From Candidatus Aenigmatarchaeota archaeon (GTDB taxonomy: Archaea; Aenigmatarchaeota; Aenigmatarchaeia; Aenigmatarchaeales; JACQIB01), in assembly GCA_016198755.1 (NCBI GenBank), contig JACQIB010000004.1:32001-96000 (forward strand): a stretch of 64,000 nucleotides of DNA. Reading direction: 5' to 3'. Below, piece by piece: positions 29,601 to 37,858 of the stretch; the stretch's first letter is position 1, and the number at the start of each line of letters is the position of its first letter. The notes beneath the pieces were generated by a model. The model saw only the letters and a program-made list of their open reading frames with translations. It made no database searches and had not been told where the DNA came from. A program made the position numbers and the translations under genes.

Positions 29601-29881
29601 ATATTATAACCATTTCCATAGTTGTTGCTTCCTGCAAGCTCTCCCCTAACTTCCCTATGGGAAAACGATGAGCCATCTGGAGCAGAATAATGATAAACGT
29701 AGTCCCCTTCAGAGTACCAGTCCCTGAGCACAGCTGAATAGGACGGGGCTTGAACTGAATAGGTATCTACTCCAGTTCCCTTCTCTATAACTTCAGCTGC
29801 AGCAAACTGGGCAAAAAACCCTAAGAAAACAAGGGCAAATACAGCTGAAATAATCACTTTTCTATACATTTGTCCCCCCAT
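23687..29881 (-). CDS. Giant membrane-anchored mosaic protein: shared domain + 2 ConA-like + 2 LamG domains, TM, glycine-zipper, nuclease-like domain, HExxH peptidase
   Basis: Signal peptide; duplicated lectin domains (YDG...GY-DGKLDF...AIGAG; FKGAIDEVRIY); NPFIQDSG + TM; LLDYGIPGEVIEHTK...KSEQ; AHEMGH...ELEAD. Confidence 0.8.
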   Translation of the reverse strand: MGGQMYRKVIISAVFALVFLGFFAQFAAAEVIEKGTGVDTYSVQAPSYSAVLRDWYSEGDYVYHYSAPDGSSFSHREVRGELAGSNNYGNGYNIFYYVLVYPNGTEKVLYEQRINTADATSSDYVKMTPEWIPEYRYHYTSKIDITAMNLTADISDYGHYKVELRRVEIPKIMLSKNPMENYNLEDKLDKWRAETINTMYYSSSWNNGDWWREYRDENCAAEGPVGNITLKTAVTVNRYGPINYPTTSCGNYNMNPASGYVCKYNYYEYTENDRYGSYVNHARTDKCWIERNNFEKIKVKDLQVGVIWTHEFDVKQPLTITAVKACGDIECKTNPAFRPAEDAFFFINTSEPAGLIMNVWKTQTAEETKEKYSYLKLGAEVKGDTSFMKITNDGIGYRKIITTDKFSYPLKIKWKGKYAFYQAGMVNMVYGDQEDFSMGHNNGNFIGFYLGTFDSGAMNTNYVGNVNLGQPEVNKEHTYELQVLKDKLVWFLDGNKINEVALSNPLPASRIGIIAYGGSVEFQLKEFQIDLGDGQITGNINGGDKFLNFTASNQAAVDKYSSYTFSIISEPEWGKPYILQNGKLKLSGGTNFPAQPSPESRYDRHGCGGDPNGCGWYSSSATFKTQDKFGYPVKIKWKGTIEAGYSELNYNNIQMMYRTKENFPMNNFLGFFWDGWYRRLYAVSDVIPVGQQWPPSVFLGDLSGTEHTFELDVYKDKVVWLLDGNKVMEQALSQPPEPGSAEVRALGELRVSFLLSELTVDKGDLVLKSDFSNPELLQPAYGDNTYLVGMRPQGPMDMNAYISNMLSKNRTPPKYTLLANWSFDGNFIDSIGERNGNLIGTVLYSAMGNIAFGGSEKMDVPNVINGLGNFEINTYFTYNKQANWQWIYGNGPDLTDVGVAITAGGDILRYHMTTENSAFYDGNGITQLVPGKVYHLRYVYDGNVVAGYIDGKLDFSRQITGKVKTSRQQAIGAGTWNKNEYYIGTISDFRIIVNNTAVFTGGFSGQAASFDGKQRIEVPNILNGLSGFKIEAWFKVDDFGTWRWIYGSGPDWTDVGVAATAGGNTLRYHLTTENGQFYNGGGQNIVSNGEWHKMEYVYDGVYARGYVDGKLDFERPMTGKVKTNRQQAIGAGFWNNNEYFKGAIDEVRIYKAETDIESLNIPKLSSTTYPFLFSPQEEGDYTLEFVARADERNDTFSQPIFVSYDNGDTGVAENFISNPFIQDSGGGGTGNENAGAAGGAAIPLAAGAVLAAGAGGIVLLSRSPRTGKVITGIKEGFTDYGNNLLKRSKEILDFIQEEKNGYWVKLWEARMRAEAAMWAQFNAAQAEKQKAQWLEENKQTIWAANQAQEAIDMLKSGKGDPGWFVERMQYLSENSDNKELSAQLAGLGMQIQSQLEARPAVVYTPELGKPAAPLVSAPAKAEPKGILDNVMGFFGNVLGNAKKLVGGVLDTVGKIPLIGQPIINAVNSARDFVVDKSEEIKKSADAMGLIGIGLIAAGVVLTPVGGIGIPILAAGIGLGAVSSAADLAVYGAKESVGRADEDDTTRAMFAPLGLIGGGVGSKGAKELLKGSGLTKSILKQITKSYGVEVARVVEQTVKISGRKFGKEEIEDITKVSKKLLESRDSTGKLMEGREAVSKYLATKDVPITNTMDLVIEPKAGPKLLDYGIPGEVIEHTKIGTPAEYRDITWRLRNKSEQLKYVKDKTRTVLIEIEEKSKFDLDDAKDMLEDLKTADSFGWENIDKIVVVKGNNLMELGVDLKTSNTLSTFTKLETDFAKMTLNLGGLFTTHHELAKMVLANEEGKRRYGGIIEDMDNAVNAILDRSVFAFGEAAVGVIRRDKPLSSLNKEDFEVLQEAVRKQEKNFGFSPNKIVVGDVEKGTFAQANFDTIRIGSSTPIVPRVIDFVFAHEMGHVFIAKNRFEGNLGFYMEKFEHGSKTWFNELEADALVRVKAGDKVFKDMVNYRVADITDALNENIDRQFSATQIESIISAELLAKRTGDSRLANQAHIPIKALINKGKVSEADYNEAKDIMDNWLTNTIDKGKVGSEAEAGEVQDQLMDILPR

Positions 29882-29971
29882 CTATTTGTATAGACAGTTT
29901 TAAAAACCTATCTTTTGTGGCAACACTGCTCTGGAAACCGCATATTTATACATTTCTTTCCAATTCTGTAC

Positions 29972-30316
29972 ATGATTTTTCCGGATTCTGGGAGGCGCCC
30001 AACAAGCTGGGACCAAGTTAGGATTTTTGATGACTTGGTTTCGTCTGAGGATGCAGAAAAGACAAGAGCCATACTATCCGGAGCTGAAAGGCGGTGCCCA
30101 TACCTTAAAATGCAGGGAAAATGGCCTTATTGTGGAAAGGGGCAGGTAATTGAGCCAGATGCACCTCAGCTGAAACCAACCCCAGACAATCCAATCTACA
30201 ATACCCATCTGGGTCATGAGTTTATGGAAATTTTCTGTGCAAGGGATTTTGAGGAATGTCTGGTATACAAGGGCGAAAAATCCCATAGGGCAGATTGGCT
30301 TGAAAACCTGCGCTGA
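29972..30316 (+). CDS. Hypothetical Cys-containing protein (possible metal binding)
   Basis: ATG at 29972 after a TTTATA box; CPYL...YC...C-x4-C pattern. Confidence 0.55.
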   Translation: MIFPDSGRRPTSWDQVRIFDDLVSSEDAEKTRAILSGAERRCPYLKMQGKWPYCGKGQVIEPDAPQLKPTPDNPIYNTHLGHEFMEIFCARDFEECLVYKGEKSHRADWLENLR

Positions 30317-30353
30317 CTGTACAATGGAGGCTTTCCAATAAAATTCCAATATA

Positions 30354-32453
30354 CTAAATATTCCTGTTCCTTGGTCCCCCTAATGTTCCTTTAGAATAAT
30401 AAGACCTTGCTGCTGTTGAGCTTACAGTAGACGTGCTGGGATAGGTGGACTTGCTAACAGGGCTTTGACGATCAGAGGGGGATATGGGCATATCTCTTGG
30501 ATAGGTGGACTTTGTAGGCGTATCATACATCACATACCCATCTGCTCTGGTATAGTCCTTAGTAGCGTCCCTTGCAGAAGGGCCAGTCCATTTCTCTGCT
30601 GTCGTATAAAAATCAGATACAGAAAACCTTTCCAAAACTGACAACACTTCAATTCTGCTCGCTGTTTTCCACAACCCTGCGTTTGCCACATTAAGCCATA
30701 ATCCAGTTTCATTCTCGGGGGCATATGTAACGTTAGTGTTTATGTATTTTTGATTATTAATTGACCATAAAACCGAGAGATCTAAAGTGTTGTTAGTGGC
30801 TCCAGTCGTATAGGTTCCCAGATCAACTTTCTGCGGCATTACATTGCCAAAATAGCGTTCTCCTGGTCTTTGTTCTGGATTTGAATAATTGAGTATGGTA
30901 TTAAGTACACCAATGTAGGAAGAGAACAGTGTAGAGGCGACAGCAATTATTATATTTCTTGTATCTCTGAGTGCATAGTCCCATTTCTGTTGTTTTATAC
31001 TTATATCTAAATCGCGGCTGTTAGATATGATTCCAAATAGCGTACCAATAAATGGTATATTACCTAGTTTATCTATATCATCAGGTCTTTTCTCAATACC
31101 TGTGGCGTATACAAGTTCATCCTTTAGATTTGAAATCCTATTTTTTATACCGCTCCATTCTTTGGACTTTTCAAGGGCAAGGGAAGGATTAGGGTGGGTT
31201 TGCCACCCAATATAAGGTTCATATGCTTTTCTTACGTTTTCTTCTTCATAATTTAGTCTAGCAGCGAGCTTCTGAGCCTCGCTAATGGTCATCCTAGTTC
31301 CTAAAATTCTTTCTCTTGTTTGATAATAAGAAATCAAATTTTCTACCATATCGATTGCACTTGTATTGTAGGACTCGCCATATATTCTTACAAGTCCCAT
31401 TTCTGGATCTACAAGGGATATGCTGACAGGTTTTATCTCATTTTGTTCTCCAAAAGGAGACGATTTAAAATCTATAATGCTCCCCTTCTCTTGTCTCACA
31501 TTCTCAGAACCAACAAAGCCACCGCCAGTTCCAATACTATTCATCATTGTAGCGCCCGTTTTCAAAAGAAATCTACCATATCCAGTTCGCACAGCAATAT
31601 AGACACCTGCAACGGCGACAGTTCCGATAACACCTGCCACAGCTAACGGCAAAGCACTGCTGGCAGAGCTGCTGTTAGAATTGGTTTTTGTTTCCGAGCC
31701 AGAAGGGAAAACAAAGGGAGATGTTACCAAACCTGTTGCATCGGATCCATCAGCAGGAAAATAAGCGTCTGTTCCAGTTCCGTTAATAAAGTTCCAGCCC
31801 TCTTTAACAGGCTGATAGCCAAACCCAGAATTTTCCACTCTGTACAGATCCCATTTATCCACAGTAGTGTTTTCCCAGTGCGGATCGGATTTCCACCTAT
31901 AGTAAGATACATCTTGCCTGATCCAGCCCGAAGTTTTAATTATTGCCAAAATCTTGGCATTTGCAAGCTGCAGCCGGTGGCAACTGCTTTGCGTATCAGA
32001 ATCTACGCCAGCACCACCACATTGTTTCCACCAGACACGCCCATCTGGCCAAATCTCATAATATAATGCATAAATGCTATAGCCCCAATGCAGCCATTCA
32101 GCTTTTATCCATTCGTATTCCCCCTCTACAAAAATAGTTTCATTTTTCGGCCTGTTCTCATAAGAAAAATAATAATCATTATATTGTCCATATCTCCAGC
32201 TTGTATTACTGTAGTTAGTAACTGTTCCCAGAGGCCAGTTTACCACTAGTAGTTGGTGTGCAACAACGGTCTTTCCATCAGCATCATTCTCAATAACACT
32301 TGCAGGTGCTGAAGAATAATATTCAAAGTGAGGTTGGTCTGTTGATGCCTTGAAGGAATAATCTGCTGCAAAAGCTGGCAAGGAAAACAAAATAGCTAAC
32401 ATTAAGCCAAGTGTTGCTATAAAAATTGTTCTGTTAAAAGCTTTCGTGTACAT
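30354..32453 (-). CDS. Membrane-anchored protein of the same PFxxxSG family with unrelated C-terminal region (alternative ATG at 32477)
   Basis: Signal peptide (..LPAFAA), SPFVFPSG linker, LPLAVAGVIGTVAVAGVYIAV TM; TTTAAA box about 25 nt before the ATG at 32453. Confidence 0.75.
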   Translation of the reverse strand: MYTKAFNRTIFIATLGLMLAILFSLPAFAADYSFKASTDQPHFEYYSSAPASVIENDADGKTVVAHQLLVVNWPLGTVTNYSNTSWRYGQYNDYYFSYENRPKNETIFVEGEYEWIKAEWLHWGYSIYALYYEIWPDGRVWWKQCGGAGVDSDTQSSCHRLQLANAKILAIIKTSGWIRQDVSYYRWKSDPHWENTTVDKWDLYRVENSGFGYQPVKEGWNFINGTGTDAYFPADGSDATGLVTSPFVFPSGSETKTNSNSSSASSALPLAVAGVIGTVAVAGVYIAVRTGYGRFLLKTGATMMNSIGTGGGFVGSENVRQEKGSIIDFKSSPFGEQNEIKPVSISLVDPEMGLVRIYGESYNTSAIDMVENLISYYQTRERILGTRMTISEAQKLAARLNYEEENVRKAYEPYIGWQTHPNPSLALEKSKEWSGIKNRISNLKDELVYATGIEKRPDDIDKLGNIPFIGTLFGIISNSRDLDISIKQQKWDYALRDTRNIIIAVASTLFSSYIGVLNTILNYSNPEQRPGERYFGNVMPQKVDLGTYTTGATNNTLDLSVLWSINNQKYINTNVTYAPENETGLWLNVANAGLWKTASRIEVLSVLERFSVSDFYTTAEKWTGPSARDATKDYTRADGYVMYDTPTKSTYPRDMPISPSDRQSPVSKSTYPSTSTVSSTAARSYYSKGTLGGPRNRNI

Positions 32454-32595
32454 ATAAGAATAAGGTGCTTCAGACATTTAAAGTATGCCTATCATGTTCG
32501 TCTTTTGCTTTACTCTATTTCCATCAGCCTTTCTCGCACTTCCTCAGCTTCTGTGAAAATAATATCTTAAAATAAGTCAACTCCGAATAGAATTT

Positions 32596-33582
32596 ATGGT
32601 AAAGTTTGTTGGGAGGGGGAGCTACAAGCCTCCTGAAAATCTATCTTTACAGAGGCAGGTTGTAAGGGAGATGATAGGGCAGGTTATTCCTGTGTATAGG
32701 GAGGAGTTCGGAGGGTATGCGGGAGCCTATAGAGCTGGTGTGCCAAGTCTGCAAGTGGAAAGGGGCAGCAGACCATGGTTATATGTTTGCGCGAATGGAG
32801 GGGACAGTTTTGATAGGGATGGGGTAAATGAGGACACTGTAAAAAAAGTAGATGCTGCTCTGGAGCGTATAGAGAATAGGGTACATGCTTTGCTGAGGGC
32901 GCATAGATATTCTAAAAAAGTTTATTGGTGTATTAATAGCGGGGGACGAGCAGTTTCCACACATATAAGGCCATATCATGGAACCTATACATGCTCAGAG
33001 TGCGAAGATACAATAGAGGACAATTTTTCTGTCTTTAAGGCAGGACATGTCCCTGCTTGCGCGAATAGGCACGAGCATACAGTATTTTCCGATCCCCATT
33101 TTACACAGCTTCTTCACTTGAAAGAGCCAAAAGTTGTTTTCGAGGAGGCTGAGAAAAGAGTTTCTAGAGTTGCTCAATTGGACAGGAGAGCTTTCAGGGT
33201 TGCTGAGGAGCTTAATCTTTGCGCTAAAGAAGATGAGAATTCTTTCCTAAGGTTAGATTTGGAAAGATTTTCCAGAGGGGAAGATAGGCTATATTTTCTA
33301 CAAGAGCAGAAGATTCCTGTTGGTTATATCCTATGGAATAATATGGAGATTTCTAATCTCCCGACTGTTAGACAGCTTTTTGTTCAGTCCGATTATAGGA
33401 AAAGGGGGCTGGGAACGCTTTTAATGCGAGAAACTGTAAAAAAGGAGGCTGGAGAGGGGATTTTCGTGGCTGAAAGCCCAAACAGAAAGTCTATTAACAT
33501 TATGTTAAGGCTTGGCTATGCTGAAAAAAACCCGGACGGCAGTATACTGGGAAAGAGAGTCAGTTTTGTATCAGGCATGTGA
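32596..33582 (+). CDS. GNAT acetyltransferase with N-terminal extension and putative Zn-binding motif
   Basis: VRQLFVQSDYRKRGLGT acetyl-CoA motif; CSEC...H...C...H upstream. Confidence 0.7.
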   Translation: MVKFVGRGSYKPPENLSLQRQVVREMIGQVIPVYREEFGGYAGAYRAGVPSLQVERGSRPWLYVCANGGDSFDRDGVNEDTVKKVDAALERIENRVHALLRAHRYSKKVYWCINSGGRAVSTHIRPYHGTYTCSECEDTIEDNFSVFKAGHVPACANRHEHTVFSDPHFTQLLHLKEPKVVFEEAEKRVSRVAQLDRRAFRVAEELNLCAKEDENSFLRLDLERFSRGEDRLYFLQEQKIPVGYILWNNMEISNLPTVRQLFVQSDYRKRGLGTLLMRETVKKEAGEGIFVAESPNRKSINIMLRLGYAEKNPDGSILGKRVSFVSGM

Positions 33583-33588
33583 AAAAAG

Positions 33589-34260
33589 CTACTCTATAAC
33601 AGAGCCCACAAACTTCTCCCCGTGCAGGAAATCACTTAAATTATCAATATTGGCTCCGCGTAGGAAAACAACTTTCAGTCCAAGCTTTTCAGCATCCTTT
33701 GCTGCAATAGGGTCAAAAACAGCATTCAACCCAGGAGTCCACTTATTCCCTATTATTTTTCTAACCTCTTTCCAGCCTGCCCTAACCAAAGGCTTTGCTG
33801 AAGGATCCTTTTTCGGGTCAGCAGTATAAACATAGTCCACATTTGTCAGGTTTATAACAGTTTTAGCTCCAGTTTTCTTGGCAACTTCAACAGCATCCTT
33901 GTCTGTGCTATGTCCCGGAAGGTTCCCTCCGAAAAATATAATTTTTTCTGTTTTCGGCGGTTTATTATCTATAATAACCCTTGTGTAAGCTTCCTTTCCA
34001 AAAACAGCCCTTACAAGCTCAGCATTCAGCCTTGTGGCAGCAATCCCAACCCAGTCCACATCAAGTGAGTTTTTAACTCCCAGCTCCCTTGCAGCTGACT
34101 GGTACTTCCTGCAGACCCTACCTCCACCGCAGATAAGGTAGAATTGTTTCCTGCTTTTCAGGGATAAAACCAAATCGCGAAACTTCCTCAAGAACTCTGT
34201 ATCCACTTCCTCAGGAACGATTATAGAGCCCCCAACACTGATTATAACTTTATCCCGCAT
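33589..34260 (-). CDS. pyrH: UMP kinase
   Basis: ISVGGS, CGGG, D-VGI-ATRLNA, PGHSTD, TNVDYVY-ADPK, FDP. Confidence 0.95.
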   Translation of the reverse strand: MRDKVIISVGGSIIVPEEVDTEFLRKFRDLVLSLKSRKQFYLICGGGRVCRKYQSAARELGVKNSLDVDWVGIAATRLNAELVRAVFGKEAYTRVIIDNKPPKTEKIIFFGGNLPGHSTDKDAVEVAKKTGAKTVINLTNVDYVYTADPKKDPSAKPLVRAGWKEVRKIIGNKWTPGLNAVFDPIAAKDAEKLGLKVVFLRGANIDNLSDFLHGEKFVGSVIE

Positions 34261-34454
34261 GCGAAAGCTTTCCCAGAGCGAGAATAAAAAGCTACTGCTT
34301 TTAATATTGATCAGAGATAAAGCATTTGTTGGTTTAATGAAAGAGTTGTTTAGAAACTACTATAAACATGCAGATGCCGCTTAGGCTATTTTGTATTATA
34401 ATAAAAAGCTTATCTGGCAGAGGGTTTTTATTCATAGAAAAACAAGATAATATA

Positions 34455-35012
34455 ATGATAGAGTTTGAGGTGCGATTCCCCCTGCAAAGGAATGTTTCAA
34501 AAGAGCTTATAAGATTGGGTCTCAAAAAGAAAGATACTTACAGCATGGCAGACCTGATTTTCCACCCGAGAGACTGGCCGCACGGGAAGAAAATTTGCCC
34601 TGGCTATTTTATTGTCAGGATAAGGCTGGTTAAGGGAAAAAAACCAAGGATGGAGATGAAGGAGTTTTTGGACAAGGATAGCTGGAGGGAGACAGGCTTT
34701 GAAATTTCAGATCCTAAAGGAGCCGCAACAATTCTCTCAAAAGTCCTCCTCCCTCTGTACCCTATTGTAAAACAAAGGGAAATTTGGAGAAAAGGAAAAA
34801 TAGAGGTTTCTGTGGATAATGTGGATCACTTGGGAAAGTATATTGAAATAGAAGGAAAGAAAACAGAAGTTGAAAAGGTTGCAAACTCTCTTGGTTTTTC
34901 CATTGAAAGCTCAAAGAGAAACTATGGAACACAGCTGTGGTATCTGAGGGAGAAAGGGAAGATAAAACTGGGCCAAAAAGATATAGAAAGTATTCTGCGG
35001 AAGTTTATATAG
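34455..35012 (+). CDS. CYTH-domain protein (class IV adenylate cyclase/triphosphatase)
   Basis: MIEFEVRF (ExExK-like), VRIR, K-RE-W, VD-V--LGKYIEIE. Confidence 0.8.
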   Translation: MIEFEVRFPLQRNVSKELIRLGLKKKDTYSMADLIFHPRDWPHGKKICPGYFIVRIRLVKGKKPRMEMKEFLDKDSWRETGFEISDPKGAATILSKVLLPLYPIVKQREIWRKGKIEVSVDNVDHLGKYIEIEGKKTEVEKVANSLGFSIESSKRNYGTQLWYLREKGKIKLGQKDIESILRKFI

Positions 35013-35016
35013 TAAA

Positions 35017-36603
35017 TCACCTTGCACATGCCTTTACAAACCCAAAAAACAGAGGAGATGGTTTTTCGAGCCTGCTTTTGAACTCTGGATGAGCTTGGGT
35101 TCCGACAAAAAACTTATGCTTTGGAAGTTCTATAAACTCTGCCAAGTTTTTATAAAAGCCAGAGAAAACCAAACCCTTCTTTTGTAAGAGTGGAACAAAG
35201 CGCGGATTAACCTCAAACCTGTGTCTGTGCCTTTCTACAGCTTTCCCACTCTCATAAAGCCTGCTCACAACAGAACCTTTCTTTAAAACAGCAGTATAAT
35301 CTCCCAGCCTCATTGTCCCTCCTTTCTTTTTTACTCCCCGTTGTTCTGGCTGTAGGAAAATAACTGGATATTTTGTTTTTTGGTCTATTTCAGTGCTGTT
35401 TGCACCTTTCATTCCAACACTTCGCGCAAACTCAGCAACAGCTAACTGCATTCCAAAACAAAGCCCTAGAAATGGTAAATTGTTTTCCCTTGCAAACTTT
35501 ATACAAGCTATTTTCCCTTCTGTACCGCGCGATCCAAACCCCCCAGGAACAATAATCCCGTCAGCTCCTTTCAAAGCATCCTGCACAGAAACCTTCTTTT
35601 CCTCAATATTTGTTGTTTCCACAAATCCCAGTTCAATTTTACAGGAGCAGTGAGCAGCAGCATGTTTCAAAGCTTCAGAAAGGCTGTAATAGCTGTCTTT
35701 CAGTTCTGTATACTTCCCGCAAATCTTTATTTTCACTGTTTTCTTTGGGTTTTCAAGAGAGTTCAAAAGCCTTCTCCATTCCTTCAGATTATAGTCCAGC
35801 TTTATATCAAATTTTTTCTCAAGCAGCTTTGGCACTCCCTCATCCTCAAATATAATTGGTAGTTTGTAAACATTCTCAAGGTTTGGGTTGCTTACAACAG
35901 CTTCTGTTGGCAGGTTAGAGTATAATGCAATTTTCTCCCTTACTTTTTCAGCTAAGTTTGTGTTTGCCCTGCACACGATAAGGTCAGGCTGTATTCCCCT
36001 TTCCCTTAACAATTCAACAGACTGTTGTGTAGGTTTGGATTTTTGTTCCCCAACAGCATCAATAACAGGCACATAAGTTACGTGAACAAAGAAAACATCC
36101 CCCTTATTTTCCATCCATGTCTGCCTTGCAGCCTCCACATACAGTTCATTCTCTATATCCCCAACAGTTCCCCCAATCTCTATCAGCAAAACCTGCGCCT
36201 TTTCTTTTGTTCCAATTTGCCTCCAGAATCCTTTAATTTCATTCACAACGTGCGGTACCATCTGCACTGTTTTCCCTAAAAATTCCCCCTTTCTCTCTTT
36301 TTCTATAACAGAATGAAAAACTTTTCCCATTGTAAGGTTCTGGTTCTTTGTGCATTCAATTCCAAAAAACCTCTCATAATGGCCAAAATCCATATCCACT
36401 TCCCCCCCGTCTTTCAGAACAAAAACTTCCCCATGTTCAACGGGATTCATTGTTCCCGGATCCACATTCAAATATCCATCGCACTTTACAGGAACAACCT
36501 TATACCCCTCAAAAAACCTACCAATAGAAGCAGCTACTATCCCCTTACCAAGTCCTGACAAAACCCCTCCAGTTATGAACACCCACTTCACAAGAGCCCG
36601 CAC
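35017..36603 (-). CDS. pyrG: CTP synthase
   Basis: TGGVLSGLGKG, NVDPGTM-P-EHGEV, KSKPTQ, PGGFG, GLCFGMQ, RHRHRFEVN, QAHPEF. Confidence 0.97.
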   Translation of the reverse strand: MRALVKWVFITGGVLSGLGKGIVAASIGRFFEGYKVVPVKCDGYLNVDPGTMNPVEHGEVFVLKDGGEVDMDFGHYERFFGIECTKNQNLTMGKVFHSVIEKERKGEFLGKTVQMVPHVVNEIKGFWRQIGTKEKAQVLLIEIGGTVGDIENELYVEAARQTWMENKGDVFFVHVTYVPVIDAVGEQKSKPTQQSVELLRERGIQPDLIVCRANTNLAEKVREKIALYSNLPTEAVVSNPNLENVYKLPIIFEDEGVPKLLEKKFDIKLDYNLKEWRRLLNSLENPKKTVKIKICGKYTELKDSYYSLSEALKHAAAHCSCKIELGFVETTNIEEKKVSVQDALKGADGIIVPGGFGSRGTEGKIACIKFARENNLPFLGLCFGMQLAVAEFARSVGMKGANSTEIDQKTKYPVIFLQPEQRGVKKKGGTMRLGDYTAVLKKGSVVSRLYESGKAVERHRHRFEVNPRFVPLLQKKGLVFSGFYKNLAEFIELPKHKFFVGTQAHPEFKSRLEKPSPLFFGFVKACAR

Positions 36604-36643
36604 AAAGATTCAACTGCTGTGCTTTTAAAGATTTCTTTCCAAC

Positions 36644-37483
36644 TCAAACACTCCTCAAAGTCCCCAAGTCAACTTTCACTATCCCAAGTTGGCAGTCTTC
36701 CCTATAGTTTAATCTGCCCAACCCTAAAAGGCTACTGAAGTTTCCATTTATCATACCCATTGCATACATGCTGGCTGGTCTAAATCCTGCAAGGTAGGAT
36801 AAAACACTTTTCATTGTACTCCCCTCGCAAATATCATCATCCACTACAAGCACTGTTTTCCCATTGCAAGGAGAAAGGTATTCTCTTTCGTCTGCAGCAG
36901 CAGGTATTTTTGGTTTGCTATCATGCCTGCGGTTTGGTGAATATCTTACAGGTATTGTTTGTGCTGTTTCAGTTATGTAACCTGCTATGCAGCCGGGTTC
37001 TATCCCTCCAGAACCAATAGGAACTATAATATCAGGCCTTATTTTTTCTAGAATTTCTGGCAGTGCATCAGCATGGGTTTTTAATCTCCAAAACTTGTCC
37101 TTCAGCCACCTGCGCTCTGAAATATCCTTGCTTCCATATTGCACAATCCTGTCTGCATATACTCTAAACTCCTGTCCAATAGCTTCCATATCCACTTTCC
37201 TGCCCCCATAGAACTCTCCTGCAAACCTTTCCCCAATTTTCAAGGATTTTTCTAAAACACGTTTCTGCTCTTTCCATATTTGATCAACATGATTATCTGA
37301 AAGAGGCACCACTAATCCATCCAAAAGCATCTCTATTGTAAGGAACACACCTTCCCTGAAATGGAGTGTTGTTTGCCCTTTCCCAAGATCTTCCAGTATA
37401 TGCTGCAGGTCAGCTATTGGGGGATGATGTAAAGCTTCGTTATTATACCTCTCACGAATATCAAATTCCTGAAGTCTTCTCAT
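36644..37483 (-). CDS. Type I phosphoribosyltransferase family protein
   Basis: VLVVDDDICEGSTM PRPP-binding loop; IVPIGSGG. Confidence 0.75.
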   Translation of the reverse strand: MRRLQEFDIRERYNNEALHHPPIADLQHILEDLGKGQTTLHFREGVFLTIEMLLDGLVVPLSDNHVDQIWKEQKRVLEKSLKIGERFAGEFYGGRKVDMEAIGQEFRVYADRIVQYGSKDISERRWLKDKFWRLKTHADALPEILEKIRPDIIVPIGSGGIEPGCIAGYITETAQTIPVRYSPNRRHDSKPKIPAAADEREYLSPCNGKTVLVVDDDICEGSTMKSVLSYLAGFRPASMYAMGMINGNFSSLLGLGRLNYREDCQLGIVKVDLGTLRSV

Positions 37484-37591
37484 TATAATCAATAAAGGCT
37501 GGGAAACTAACTTTTAAATAGGCTTCACTGCCCAGCGAGTATAACACTGTTATTTATAAATGCTGGAGCAGCCTATACTAGGTAGGTTAAA

Positions 37592-37858
37592 ATGAGTGTT
37601 GGCGTTTTTAACTTAGATATTAAAGGAAACAAGTGGGACCTGGACAGGGAAAAGTGCATTAAGTGCGGGGCCTGCGTAGCTGTCTGTCCATTTACAGCTT
37701 TGGAGCTGCCAGAGTTTCCTGAAGTGAATGAAAAGTGCATTTTCTGCAATATATGTGCAATGGCCTGCCCAGTGGATGCAATAAAAGTAGTAAAAACAAA
37801 CAAGTCTGCTGTTGTGGATAAGAGTACAAAAGATATTTCAACTTTATCAAAAATGTGA
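37592..37858 (+). CDS. 2x[4Fe-4S] ferredoxin
   Basis: Two CxxCxxCxxxCP motifs. Confidence 0.92.
   Translation: MSVGVFNLDIKGNKWDLDREKCIKCGACVAVCPFTALELPEFPEVNEKCIFCNICAMACPVDAIKVVKTNKSAVVDKSTKDISTLSKM

Noticed and set aside
18813-32477. Provirus, integrative element or diversity-generating retroelement explaining the giant genes
   Set aside because: No integrase, capsid, terminase or reverse transcriptase seen, and no adenine-specific TR/VR pair noticed by eye
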